NCBI GenBank assembly: GCA_040770465.1
Contig: JAXGJB010000009.1
Span: 1-64,000, forward strand
Source: Methanothrix sp.
GTDB taxonomy: Archaea > Halobacteriota > Methanosarcinia > Methanotrichales > Methanotrichaceae
Direction: 5' to 3'
DNA: 64,000 bases
Below, in pieces: positions 38,173 through 47,877 of the stretch. The notes beneath the pieces are model-generated. The model was not told where the DNA came from and made no database searches. It saw only the letters and a list, made by a program, of their open reading frames with translations. Each line of letters opens with the position of its first letter. The stretch's first letter is position 1. The translations under genes and the position numbers were made by a program.

Positions 38173-39834
38173 ATGATCCGGGTTCTGATGGTGGACGACG
38201 ACCCCTCAATTCTGGAGGTATCCGCCATATTCCTCGAGAGGGCCGGGGATATCAAGGTCGATGTGGCGGAGTCGGCGGCCGACGCCCTCCGGCGGCTTTT
38301 AGACGAGACGAGGCCCTACGATGTGGTAATCTCCGATTACGCCATGCCCGAGATGGACGGGATCGCCTTTCTCAAGGCGGTACGAAGCCGGGACCCTCAC
38401 ATCCCCTTCATCCTCTTCACCGGAAAGAGCCGCGAAGAGGTGGTGATCGAGGCCCTGAACTCGGGCGCCGACTATTACATTCAAAAGGACGGAAACCCGA
38501 AGGTCCTCTTCACAGAGCTCTCCCATCAGATCAGGCAGGCTGCGGGCCGGGAGAAGGCGAGGAAGGCGGATCTGGTGCAGCGGGATCTGGCCCTGAAGCT
38601 CTCAGGGGCGACATCTCTATCAGTGGCTCTAAAGCTCTGCGTGAATGCGGCTATTGAGGTCTCCGAGACAGACTGCGGGACCATGTACCTTCTGGACAGA
38701 GCCACCGGTACCTACGTCCTCATCCACTCAACGGGATTCTCCCCTGAATACCTCGAGGCGATATCAAAACGAAGGCGAAACCCCAGCACATCCCTGATAT
38801 CGAAGGCTGTAGAGCCGATCTACATCGGGTATCAGGACAAGAGCCTCCCCCTCCAGAAGGCCCGCGAGCAGGAGGGGCTCCGTGCCATGGCCGTGGTCCC
38901 CATTCATCACGAGGGAGGGGTGATAGGTTATTACAGCGTCGGAACTCACACCTCTGACGAGGTCCCTCTCTCGGGACGCAGCGCCCTCGAGACGATCGCC
39001 GCCATCACCGAAAACGCCATCTTCCGCCTACAGGCAGAGCAGGAGCTCAGGAAGAGCGAGGAGAACTACAGAGCCCTGGTGGAGGGGCAGACCGACCTGA
39101 TCTGTCGCTTCTTCCCCGACGGGACGATCACCTTCGTCAACGAAGCTTACTGCCGCTACTTTAGAAAGAGCCGAACGGAGTTCGTCGGGCAGAGCATCTT
39201 CTGCCTGGTGCCCGAAGAGGTCCGAGAGAGGATTATAGAGAAGATGACCACCCTCACCAAAGATCGACCTACAACGACGTCTGTTCATAAGGCGATCCTG
39301 CCCGAAGGCGATGTGCGCTGGCTTCAGTGGACGGACCGGGCGATCCTGGACGACTGCGGAACGATCGTCGAGTTCCAGTCGTCCGGAGAGGATGTAACCA
39401 ATTTAAAGGTCGCTGAAGTGGCCCTTAAAGAGAGCGAGGAGCGGCTGAAGATGGCCGTCGAGGGAGGAAAACTGGGGATCTGGGACTGGAATCTGGTGAC
39501 GGGAGAGGAGACGTTCAACGAGAAATGGGCCGATATTCTCGGCTACTCCCGCCAGGATCTGGAGAAAACTCTCGGGATCTGGGGCCGGCTCATCCATCCC
39601 GACGACCGGGCAGAGGCGAAAAGAGCCCTCAACGACCACCTGGCGGGGCTGACCCCATACTGTGAGACGGAGCTCCGGATGATGTCCAAGGACGGGCGCT
39701 GGGTCTGGATACACGGCCGAGGGAAAGTGGTATCGAAAGATGGGAACGGCCGCCCCACCAGGGTGATCGGCGTCATCCAGGACTTAAACGAGACCCGAAG
39801 GTTCCGGGAGCCTCTCCAGCAAACAAAAAGCTGA
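38173..39834 (+). CDS. REC-GAF-PAS-PAS signalling protein, truncated before the kinase domain
   Basis: VLMVDDD, ISDYAMPEMDG (REC); a GAF segment; two PAS/PAC domains (FVNEAYC, LIHPDD). Confidence 0.85.
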   Translation: MIRVLMVDDDPSILEVSAIFLERAGDIKVDVAESAADALRRLLDETRPYDVVISDYAMPEMDGIAFLKAVRSRDPHIPFILFTGKSREEVVIEALNSGADYYIQKDGNPKVLFTELSHQIRQAAGREKARKADLVQRDLALKLSGATSLSVALKLCVNAAIEVSETDCGTMYLLDRATGTYVLIHSTGFSPEYLEAISKRRRNPSTSLISKAVEPIYIGYQDKSLPLQKAREQEGLRAMAVVPIHHEGGVIGYYSVGTHTSDEVPLSGRSALETIAAITENAIFRLQAEQELRKSEENYRALVEGQTDLICRFFPDGTITFVNEAYCRYFRKSRTEFVGQSIFCLVPEEVRERIIEKMTTLTKDRPTTTSVHKAILPEGDVRWLQWTDRAILDDCGTIVEFQSSGEDVTNLKVAEVALKESEERLKMAVEGGKLGIWDWNLVTGEETFNEKWADILGYSRQDLEKTLGIWGRLIHPDDRAEAKRALNDHLAGLTPYCETELRMMSKDGRWVWIHGRGKVVSKDGNGRPTRVIGVIQDLNETRRFREPLQQTKS

Positions 39835-39861
39835 ACATCCTTGCAGGGGTAACCGCCACCT
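39819..39861 (+). pseudogene. Frameshifted remnant of a histidine kinase H-box
   Basis: The shifted frame reads ANKKLNILAGVT; ACCGCCAC gives T-R-H with one extra C. Confidence 0.65.
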
Positions 39862-39916
39862 TTTGGGCGGTTTATCATCACAACCTTTTTATCCAGACCG
39901 ACCTCTCAAACCGTCC

Positions 39917-40198
39917 ATGACGAAACAGGTCCACGCAGCCCACATACTTGTAAAAACAGATAAGAAAGCGAAGGAGATCATCGAGAGGATCAACAAGGGC
40001 GAAAGCTTCGCGGAGATGGCCCGGAAGTACTCCGACTGCCCCTCGGCGAAGAACAAGGGCGACCTCGGCTGGTTCGGCAAGGGTAAGATGGTCCCCGAGT
40101 TCGAGAAGGCAGCCTTCGATGGGGAGAAGGGAAAGATGGTCGGCCCTGTGAAGACCGATTTTGGATATCATATAATAAAGATTCTGGATAAAAAATAA
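39917..40198 (+). CDS. Parvulin-type peptidyl-prolyl isomerase
   Basis: HAAHILV, FAEMARKYSDCPS, GDLGWF, MVPEFEKAAF and TDFGYHII motifs. Confidence 0.92.
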   Translation: MTKQVHAAHILVKTDKKAKEIIERINKGESFAEMARKYSDCPSAKNKGDLGWFGKGKMVPEFEKAAFDGEKGKMVGPVKTDFGYHIIKILDKK

Positions 40199-40419
40199 AT
40201 AACTGATTCCGACCGGAGATCTCTTCAAAGAGGCTGGACTGGGATGATCACGCTTCAGGTTGCCTCATTTTCTCGCAAGGAATGGCTCAAAAAATGGGCC
40301 CAGATCGTGCTGGGCGAAAATTTGGAGCTTCGCAAATGGGCAGAGGCCGCGGCCCAGATCCCAGATATCCGGGCCGTCCTCTTCCCTGAAAGATCGTCCT
40401 CCTTCTCCTCATCTGGCCT

Positions 40420-41346
40420 TCAGCTCAGGCTCTCCATGGTGGCGAGGCTCGCGTCGTACCCATGGGTGTACAGAGCGTACCAGACTATCGAGGCAACGCC
40501 TCCCTTTCCGCTGGAGTAGACCACCACCGGTCTCTCCTGGTTGAGGCCGCTGAAGGCAGAGGCGAGAGCCTCGTCGTCGGCAAGAAGGCCATCCGCATCC
40601 AGGATCGCCGAGCTGTCGATGTTGATCGCCCCGTCCAGGTGGTCGGCGGCGTACTCCGTGGGGCTCCTGGCGTCCACTAGCTGCCCATCAGCGGGGAGAG
40701 CGTCGGTGAGGAGGCCGAGGTTCGGCTCCGGGTTGTATACGGCGCCAGCCCTGGGTGTGGGGGTCGCGACGAACTCGAGCCCCGCAGCCACGTGGTCGGC
40801 CCTCGTCCCCTCAAGAAGGACGACGTCCTGGTGGCCCAGGTATTTCATGACCCAGAAGGCGAAGGTCTGGTATACGAAATTGTCCCCGTAGATGACCAGG
40901 GGATCGACTTCGCTGATCCCGGCTGCCCCGAGGAGGAGCGCGATCTCGTCGGGCGACTTCAGGGTTCCATTATCGGCGAAGACCTGATCGAGGGGCAGGA
41001 GAATCGATCCCTCGATGAAAGAGGCCTCCCCGGGGACTCCGGCGTAGGCCATTACCATCCTTTTTTCACCGATCTGATCGGCATATAGCGCCGAAGGGGC
41101 GATGGACGGCAAAGGCTCGTTCGATAATGCCCCAACCTCCCCCCCTTCGCCTTCCGAGACCGTCTCTTCTGAGGTGGTCGTTTTCGAGAGCTCATCTGCC
41201 CAGGAGATGCCCATAGAATCTGCTCCCGCCCAGCCTGAGGCACTTCCGGCGCCGCAGCTGGCGCATGCAGAAGCTCCGCCCACCAGGGCGGCTGCGAGCA
41301 TCATTACCGCCATAATCTTTGATAAAAGCCTTACTTCATTTTGCAT
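40420..41346 (-). CDS. Exported tandem rhodanese-domain protein
   Basis: Signal peptide, FW.MKYLGH..V.LLEG, LVDARSPTEY...HLDGAINI; the predicted active-site loop VYSSGKGG has no Cys. Confidence 0.8.
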   Translation of the reverse strand: MQNEVRLLSKIMAVMMLAAALVGGASACASCGAGSASGWAGADSMGISWADELSKTTTSEETVSEGEGGEVGALSNEPLPSIAPSALYADQIGEKRMVMAYAGVPGEASFIEGSILLPLDQVFADNGTLKSPDEIALLLGAAGISEVDPLVIYGDNFVYQTFAFWVMKYLGHQDVVLLEGTRADHVAAGLEFVATPTPRAGAVYNPEPNLGLLTDALPADGQLVDARSPTEYAADHLDGAINIDSSAILDADGLLADDEALASAFSGLNQERPVVVYSSGKGGVASIVWYALYTHGYDASLATMESLS

Positions 41347-41873
41347 ACCGATCTCCTCCACAAGATGATCCAGATCATAACTCCGTTTAAATGAAAGCCC
41401 TTCGAAGCAGAAGCTCGAGAGAAAGAACGTTCAGCCCTCAGGTTATAATCTTCCGATGATCGCGATCCTCTCCTTCCCGGCCTTCGGCCTTGAAGTCGGA
41501 TTTCGCATCCTCTGCTCCTGTTTTGGCATATAGCAGTTCTCTTCGCCCCAATCCCTCAATAGCTCCCCCTTATCGGGGGCCCATCTCAAGAACGATCCTC
41601 CTTCGATCTCCATATTTATCATTGATTCGGTCGGACTCCATAAATGCCCTGGTGAATACCGCCCTCATGGCGCGTCCGCCCCTCCTTCCAGCGCCGCGGA
41701 TCGGAAGTGGGAGGTCGAATCAACGTTGTCGTCCTTCGCAGAGCCTCAAAGTCCAGGAGGAGCTGAGCAAGTATAGATCGCGATCTTCTGCCGAATGCCC
41801 CCCCGGTGAAGGAGGGCAGAGGGTGGGGGTCGATTGGGATGGAGAGGCCTGAGAAAAGAAGTTAAATCTCCGG

Positions 41874-42443
41874 ATGGCATTCCGAGCGACTGGAGCTGGA
41901 ACTTTGTCGTCTATCGACGCGATCAATCTCGCATTGGCCGTCATCCTGGCGGCCCATCTCGGCGGGCCCGCCATGGGTGAATCTGTCCTGGCCCACACAA
42001 TCGGATCAGGTCCTGAGGACTGGTGGATAGAGTACCCCGATCAGCATCCGAACGCCGGGTCCGCGGTGGACCACCCCACCTGGGCCCTCGATCCGCTGGA
42101 GGAGAAGCCGCTGATCATGCTGATCCACAGCTCGGGCTGTTCTGCCTGCATCAAGCAGGAGGAGGACATACAAGAGGTTCTGAGGGATCTAGGCGACGAT
42201 GTTTCCTATCTGGACGTACTCTACGATGATGATATTGATAAGACCTGGACTGCACTGGAGATCTACGATCCGACAGGCGATCCCGGAAATGTTCCTGTGA
42301 CCGTCCTGTTGACCCTCGCACCCGGAGACGACGGCGATCTCGAGGTAGCCTGGCACAGCTACCTCGGCTCGCGAGGAGAGGAGCGGATAAGATCGTATCT
42401 CAACGACGCCATCGTCCTCTACGAAGAGAACTCCGAGGGCTGA
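41874..42443 (+). CDS. Exported thioredoxin-fold protein
   Basis: KPLIMLIHSSGCSAC (CxxC) and cis-Pro loop NVPVT; hydrophobic N-terminus. Confidence 0.75.
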   Translation: MAFRATGAGTLSSIDAINLALAVILAAHLGGPAMGESVLAHTIGSGPEDWWIEYPDQHPNAGSAVDHPTWALDPLEEKPLIMLIHSSGCSACIKQEEDIQEVLRDLGDDVSYLDVLYDDDIDKTWTALEIYDPTGDPGNVPVTVLLTLAPGDDGDLEVAWHSYLGSRGEERIRSYLNDAIVLYEENSEG

Positions 42444-42457
42444 GGACGGCGAGATCT

Positions 42458-43892
42458 GTGAACCTAGCGGGAACGAAGGCCCCGATCCAGGGCATGGCGT
42501 TGTTTCTGGTCCTCCCCTGCCTTGTATTCTGCCTCCTGATATTCTGCCTTATTCCACCCTCGTTCGCGGCGTCGGACGCGCCCGGGGACGAAGGCTTCGC
42601 GCCGGACTTCGAGGCGTTGGACATTGACGGGAATTTCGTCAAGCTTTCGGAACTCCGGGGTCAACCCCTCATCCTCCACATAACAAACATAGAGGTCCCC
42701 ATCTGCATCGAATGTGAGGAGGCTATAAGGGGCCAGGTCGAAGAGCTATCGAGGCTGGCGAGGGCGAATCCGGACGCTGAGATTGTAACCATAAACTTGA
42801 GGAAGAACCCTTACTCCAAGGATGGGAGAACCCTCGCCGAATCCTGGTGGGGGGTCGAGATCCCCTGGTCCTGGATCGAGGACTTCGATCCTTATCCCGC
42901 AGCCGGAAAGTACATCGATTACTGGAGCCGGCATGGCGGATTTGCCAACCCCACATTAATCATCGTCGATGATGACGGCCGGATCTCGGAGGTATATCAA
43001 GTCTATCTCATGGGAGAAGGGATGGTGGACGGCGTCAAGACCGCCGAATCCCTCAAAAGCGCCTGCGATAGGGCCGCAGACGTTGAGGATGGTCCCGGGG
43101 CAGGCGGGCCCCTCGACGCCCCCCCGCGAGGTGACCTTCGTCGGGATGTTCGGCCTTGGGATCGTAACGTCCCTTGCACCCTGCTCCATCGCCCTCTTGA
43201 TCGCCGTCTTCAGCTACCTGATGACGTCTCATCGAAGCAGGATACTGGCCCCCGACGGGGGGAACTCCTCGCCAAGAGAGGGGTTTCTGATAGGGGTGGC
43301 TTTCACCCTGGGGATGGCGGTGGTCTTCTTCTTCATCGGCCTGTTCATATCAAACCTGGGGATCTTCGTGAGAAGCTCCCGGTTCTTCGATCTGGCTGCC
43401 GGGGTGCTGATGATAATCCTGGGGATATCCAGCTTCAAACCCCTCGGCGAGATCCTGGAGCCGCTAACGGTTCGTCTCCGGCGCCGAAAGGGCGTCGAGG
43501 AAGAGGTGAGGATGAAGAAGAGCATCATGGAGCAGTTCATAAACATCTCCGTCGGCCTCTTCAAGTACTCCGCCTTCGTCGGGGCCTTCACCCTGGGGGT
43601 CTTCTTCGCCCTGGGATGGGCCCCATGCGCCATATCTCTCGTCTTTCCCGTCCTCATCTGGCTCTTGGCTCAGAACGTATCCCCGATCACTGGCGGTCTA
43701 TTGCTCTTCGTCTTTGGTGTGGGCCACGGCGTTCCCATAATACCCATATCCACCTTCTCCCGCTCCTTCTGCGGAGCCATCGGCGAGAGGTACATCGCCT
43801 TTGGAAAGTGGATCACGGGAGGTTTCGGAGTCCTGATCATAGTGACGGGGGTGGTATTTGCGGCCAGGTACTTCGGCTACACTTTCTGGTGA
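42458..43892 (+). pseudogene. Redoxin (TlpA/AhpC-like, CIEC) - CcdA/DsbD membrane-domain fusion, frameshifted at or near the C7 tract 43119-43125
   Basis: Frame 1: APDFEALDIDG..VKLSELRGQP, CIEC, ANPTLIIVD. The +1 frame: LGIVTSLAPCS...LGWAPCA...GVGHGVP. Deleting one C joins them as D-A-P-R-E-V-T-F. Confidence 0.75.
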
Positions 43893-43953
43893 GCCCGATT
43901 TTCCGTCAGGCGCTTCGGCTACACCTTCTGATAAGCCCGATTATCCGTCCAGG
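43871..43953 (+). repeat. 42-bp imperfect tandem duplication of the ccdA 3' end
   Basis: CTTCGGCTACACTTTCTGGTGAGCCCGATTTTCCGTCAGG versus CTTCGGCTACACCTTCTGATAAGCCCGATTATCCGTCCAGG. Confidence 0.8.
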
Positions 43954-44091
43954 TCCCTGGGTCTTCTCAAACGTCTCCCCCTTCAGGGATGGGGGGACGG
44001 CCTGCAAAATAGCCTGTCGCCCCTCATCAAAAGGAATAAATGGTAATAATTCAAAGACCCGCCTCATAAGAACAGGGAGGTTAGGTTATCC

Positions 44092-44505
44092 ATGAAAATA
44101 ATTTTGACGGCACTGATCATCGCCACGCTCCTGGTGGGGATGGGCGCAGTAGCCAAAACTCCTATTGATCTGAGCACCTTAGACGATAAGGCGGAGATAA
44201 AGTCCAGCATGACCCCCATGGTCATATCATACACCCCAGACGTGCCGAAGACCACCATGAACGCCGTTGACGTGAGGACCCTGGGCAGAAGCTTCGGAAC
44301 CTTTGCAGGCTCCAGCATGGAGCCCCTGGAGATCGGCGCCTCAAACCCCATAACCGTCACGCCCGGCTTCTCGATATCCAAGAGCAACAGGACCCTATCG
44401 ATGGTAACGGTTTATACGCCGCCCTTCTCTATATCCAAGAGCAACAGGACCCTTTCTCAGGTGACGACTTGGACTCCGGAATTCTCGATCTTCGGAGGAG
44501 CGTGA
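44092..44505 (+). CDS. Small secreted protein with 19-aa repeats
   Basis: GGAGG RBS and signal peptide; TP.FSISKSNRTLS twice plus a partial third. Confidence 0.8.
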   Translation: MKIILTALIIATLLVGMGAVAKTPIDLSTLDDKAEIKSSMTPMVISYTPDVPKTTMNAVDVRTLGRSFGTFAGSSMEPLEIGASNPITVTPGFSISKSNRTLSMVTVYTPPFSISKSNRTLSQVTTWTPEFSIFGGA

Positions 44506-44584
44506 AGGCCCCAAACCGGGCCTTCACGAGATCGAAGGACTCCAGTTTGAGCGGATCGGCTTCTGAGATGGGAGTGGAGCAATT

Positions 44585-44749
44585 TTGACAGTCAGGCTGG
44601 TGGTGGACGGGACCGCGATCCCCATGAACCACTTCACCCAGGAGATCATGGAGAAGGTCGTATCGGGTGTTGCCGAGTCCCTGCGGGGAGTGGATCCCCA
44701 ATGGAAGAGGATGGTCGTAGAGGTGGAGCGGGACGAACAGACGGGATGA
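44585..44749 (+). CDS. 54-aa protein resembling the C-terminal domain of archaeal MobB (not in the ORF track)
   Basis: TTG start after GGAG; MTVRLVVDGTAIPMNHFTQEIMEKVVSGVAESLRGVDPQWKRMVVEVERDEQTG*. Confidence 0.65.
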   Translation: MTVRLVVDGTAIPMNHFTQEIMEKVVSGVAESLRGVDPQWKRMVVEVERDEQTG

Positions 44750-44755
44750 TCGGCT

Positions 44756-45304
44756 TCAGCTCTTTTTGGACTTTTTGAAGGCCGATGAGAGGTCTATGAG
44801 GTAGGTTCCCTCTTTTATGGCCATCACCAGCTCTTCTCGCTCGAAGAGGGACGGGAGGTTCAGCTCGTAGGTGCCCGGCTCCGGCATCCTGATGCTCTCC
44901 AGCGATTTGTCTTCATCGATACTCCGTTTTTGAGATCCCTGCTCGGGCGGGTTTTTTGATCTCTCCGTTCTCGGATCCAGATCGAAGAATCCAAGGGTTC
45001 CCTTCCCCTTTTTTCTCGGCTTCCCTTTCCGGACCGCCCCTTCTTTCCGTCCTCCTTCGGGACGACCAGCCTTCTTATCCCGGCTCGGAGCTTTTTTATC
45101 CTTCTCGCGAATCGAATCGGCGGCCTCCGGCCGGAGCTTATCGGTACCACCGATCTGGGAAGCCTGCAGCGCACCCTGACCCTCTCCTATCTTATCTCTG
45201 GACTTGACGAAGAGGAACTTCTTCCAGCCGCAGACGGGACATCCCTCCAGGACGTCCATGCCGTCCTCGAAGACGCTCCTGCATCGGGTGCACATGTGGG
45301 GCAT
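44756..45304 (-). CDS. oapC: Zn-ribbon protein DUF2072 / OapC
   Basis: MPHMCTRC..VFEDG...GCPVCGWKKF and LESIR..EPGTYELNL motifs. Confidence 0.85.
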   Translation of the reverse strand: MPHMCTRCRSVFEDGMDVLEGCPVCGWKKFLFVKSRDKIGEGQGALQASQIGGTDKLRPEAADSIREKDKKAPSRDKKAGRPEGGRKEGAVRKGKPRKKGKGTLGFFDLDPRTERSKNPPEQGSQKRSIDEDKSLESIRMPEPGTYELNLPSLFEREELVMAIKEGTYLIDLSSAFKKSKKS

Positions 45305-45309
45305 GCTGG

Positions 45310-45675
45310 TCAGTCACCGACCGAGACCTTGGTGCTGATCTGGTACTTGTCCTTCTCAACGGTCCGGAGCTGGTTTGCGGGCCCGATGACGGTCATCCTC
45401 GTCTTCAACCCGGGCTTGCCGAGGATCTTGTTTATAAATGTTGATTCGTTCTTGACGGGGTAGCTCTCGATCTCTATCCCGGAGAACTCGTCGAGGCGGA
45501 TCTCGGTCATCGTCATCTCGATCAGCTTGACCTCCTCCTCCGGGGTCAGGCCCAGCTCCAGCACCACGATGTTTCCCCTCTTGACCTTGCTCAGTATGAG
45601 CCGGATCTTCTCCATGGAGGACATGGACTCCAGCCTCTCGGCCGAGATCAGATCCATCTGTACTTCCCGCATCAT
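45310..45675 (-). CDS. oapB: DUF2073 / OapB protein
   Basis: MEKIRLIL..V..GNIVVLE.GLTPEEE..LIEMTM and TVIGPAN motifs. Confidence 0.88.
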   Translation of the reverse strand: MMREVQMDLISAERLESMSSMEKIRLILSKVKRGNIVVLELGLTPEEEVKLIEMTMTEIRLDEFSGIEIESYPVKNESTFINKILGKPGLKTRMTVIGPANQLRTVEKDKYQISTKVSVGD

Positions 45676-45676
45676 C

Positions 45677-46318
45677 TCACCCGAAGTGCCTCGCTATGGC
45701 CGCATACAGCTCATCGATGTTCGATCCTTCCAGGGCGGAGATGGGTACAAGGGGGTGTTGGGGAAAGGCCGACTTGATCCTGGAAGGAGAGGCCTTGGGC
45801 AGATCCATCTTGTTGGCCACGATCAAGAGAGGGAGTTTCCTCGCCTCCATATTTCCCACCACCGTTACGTTCACCTGAGTGTAGGGGTCCTCTGTGGAGT
45901 CCATCACCAGAAGGATGCCGTCCAGGTCCTCCAGCCATTTTATGGCCTCGATGACCCCCTCAGTCGCCTCCTTGGCTCTCCTCTTGGCCTCCTCCTCCTC
46001 CAGCCCAAAAGCCATGAACTCCCTGAAATCGATCTTCGTGGCCATCCCCGGCGTGTCGACTATGTCCAGCTCGACGCTCGATCCGTTGGCGTTGATCATC
46101 ACGCCGTCCGTCCTCATGGCCCTCCTCGTCTCGTGAGGGATGTTGGAGACTCCGCCGATATCCATCCCGCTCCAGTCCTTGACGATCCTGTTTGCGAGGG
46201 TGGTCTTTCCGGCGTTGGGCGGACCGTATATGCCAATTCGAGCCCTCTTTTTGCCGAAGATCCCTTTTATCCAGACGGCAAAGTTCATCTTTAGACTTCT
46301 GATGACGCTCATGCCCAA
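45677..46318 (-). CDS. oapA: Era-like GTP-binding protein OapA
   Basis: GPPNAGKTTLANRI, PHETR, DTPG, RAKEATEGV and NKMD motifs. Confidence 0.88.
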   Translation of the reverse strand: MGMSVIRSLKMNFAVWIKGIFGKKRARIGIYGPPNAGKTTLANRIVKDWSGMDIGGVSNIPHETRRAMRTDGVMINANGSSVELDIVDTPGMATKIDFREFMAFGLEEEEAKRRAKEATEGVIEAIKWLEDLDGILLVMDSTEDPYTQVNVTVVGNMEARKLPLLIVANKMDLPKASPSRIKSAFPQHPLVPISALEGSNIDELYAAIARHFG

Positions 46319-46680
46319 TCCTCTTGATGAAAGATGATCATGTATGTACTAATAATTTTCCACCGCTTTTTTTATAGTCATCGATCCAAAATGAATTCCG
46401 GCGGTTTCTCGGAATTTCGATGGCTTCTGATCTTTTGGTCAGGTTTTCGCCCCGGAAGATCGACACAGAAGCCAATGGTCTTGACTTTTGAGATGAGATG
46501 TAACCAGCCAGATCGGTCCTCGATATGAGGGCATGGACCGGAACGCCGAGGGACTGAGATGGCCGACGCGGGAATGGGGCGAAATAGAACGGTCCCGGCT
46601 CAGGAGAGGGCGGCTAGAAAGGGATGGCCCGTTGCTCCTTTCTGGGGGATCCTCACCAGGGTCCGTCTGCCGCTGGCCCC

Positions 46681-47781
46681 TCAGGGGAGGTTCTGGGTCT
46701 GGGCCGGACAGTCAGACCGAAAAGCATCAAACTCGCCCGAACTTCTGATATCCTTCCATATATCTTCGAGAGATCGCTCTCGAACGTCTCCGACGACGTC
46801 GCCTATGTAGGGGCAGGCCCTAACGTTGCCGTCAACGCCCACATGAAGCCAGCGGCGTCCCGCCATGCATCCCAGCATCTGACCCTCGAAGTAGGTGGAG
46901 GAAAAGACTCGGGGGCCACCGGGGGTGCGGTTGACCTTCCTGTAGAACCGGAGTATCGTCTCCCGGTCTATGGTGGTGAGCCGCTCCTCGGGGGATTTCG
47001 GGATTCCCTCCCAGATCGAGAACTCGTGGACCCCAAGCTCTGTTGCCAGGTCGTAGAGGTCGAAGATATCCGGCACATCGTCGCCCTTCACGTGGGTCGA
47101 CATGGTGACGAGGAGGCCAGCGTCCAGAGCCATCTTTATGGCACCGATCGCCTTCTCGTGAGCTCCTGGGACGCCACGGATCCGGTCGTGGACCGCAGGA
47201 TCGGTGCTGTAGACCCCGATGAGGATGTTGTACAGGCCGGCATCCTTCAGCTTTCGTGCCGTCTCGGGGGTCATCTCGAGGCCAGGGGTGAAGAGGTTGA
47301 CCACCGCTCGCTCCGGGTCGACGTGGCGGATCAGCTCGAAGACGTCGTCCCGGAGGAGGGGGTCGCCCTCGGTGAAGGTGATGATGGAGGCTCCGAGGTC
47401 CAGGGCTTCGTCGACGATCCTTTTGATCTCGTCGGCCGAAAGCTCACCCTCGCCCTCTTTGATCAGGCAGTGATCGCAATTACAGCCGCAGTTCCTGGTG
47501 ACCTCGATGCTCACGGTCTGGGGGACGAACCTGCCGATGGCGATCTTTGCCTCGCTGAGAACGAGCCTCTTGAAGGGGCCGCTGGGGATGGGTGGAAGCC
47601 AGGTGGATGCGACTACGTCGTTCTCCCTCACCAGGGCGGGCTTCTCCTCGGCCAGTCTCTGGTTGATCCTGTTCAGAGCCGGCTGGACCAGCACCGAGAT
47701 CGCTCCTCGGGCCAGGAGCATTCTCCGATCCTGGTCGTAGTCCACCGTCAGGGCGGTGGTCTTCAGTAGAGGGGTCATCAA
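46681..47781 (-). CDS. Radical SAM protein with SPASM/twitch domain
   Basis: CGCNCDHC (CxxxCxxC), FTEGDP and CMAGRR...DGNVRACPY motifs. Confidence 0.88.
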   Translation of the reverse strand: MMTPLLKTTALTVDYDQDRRMLLARGAISVLVQPALNRINQRLAEEKPALVRENDVVASTWLPPIPSGPFKRLVLSEAKIAIGRFVPQTVSIEVTRNCGCNCDHCLIKEGEGELSADEIKRIVDEALDLGASIITFTEGDPLLRDDVFELIRHVDPERAVVNLFTPGLEMTPETARKLKDAGLYNILIGVYSTDPAVHDRIRGVPGAHEKAIGAIKMALDAGLLVTMSTHVKGDDVPDIFDLYDLATELGVHEFSIWEGIPKSPEERLTTIDRETILRFYRKVNRTPGGPRVFSSTYFEGQMLGCMAGRRWLHVGVDGNVRACPYIGDVVGDVRERSLEDIWKDIRSSGEFDAFRSDCPAQTQNLP

Positions 47782-47877
47782 AAGGCCAATCTCGGCCGAG
47801 AAGTTATAGAGTTATCGATCGTCCGAGCCATAGAGTTAAAATAACTGATCGCCGAGTAGGCCCCGGGTGATATTGAA

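Noticed and set aside
43126-44095. C-terminal half of the 545-aa ORF 42458..44095 as a real protein
   Set aside because: It is an Arg/Gly-rich shadow of the +1 frame CcdA/DsbD domain.
46320-46680. Replication origin next to oapABC
   Set aside because: No recognisable ORB repeats and no cdc6/orc1 nearby.
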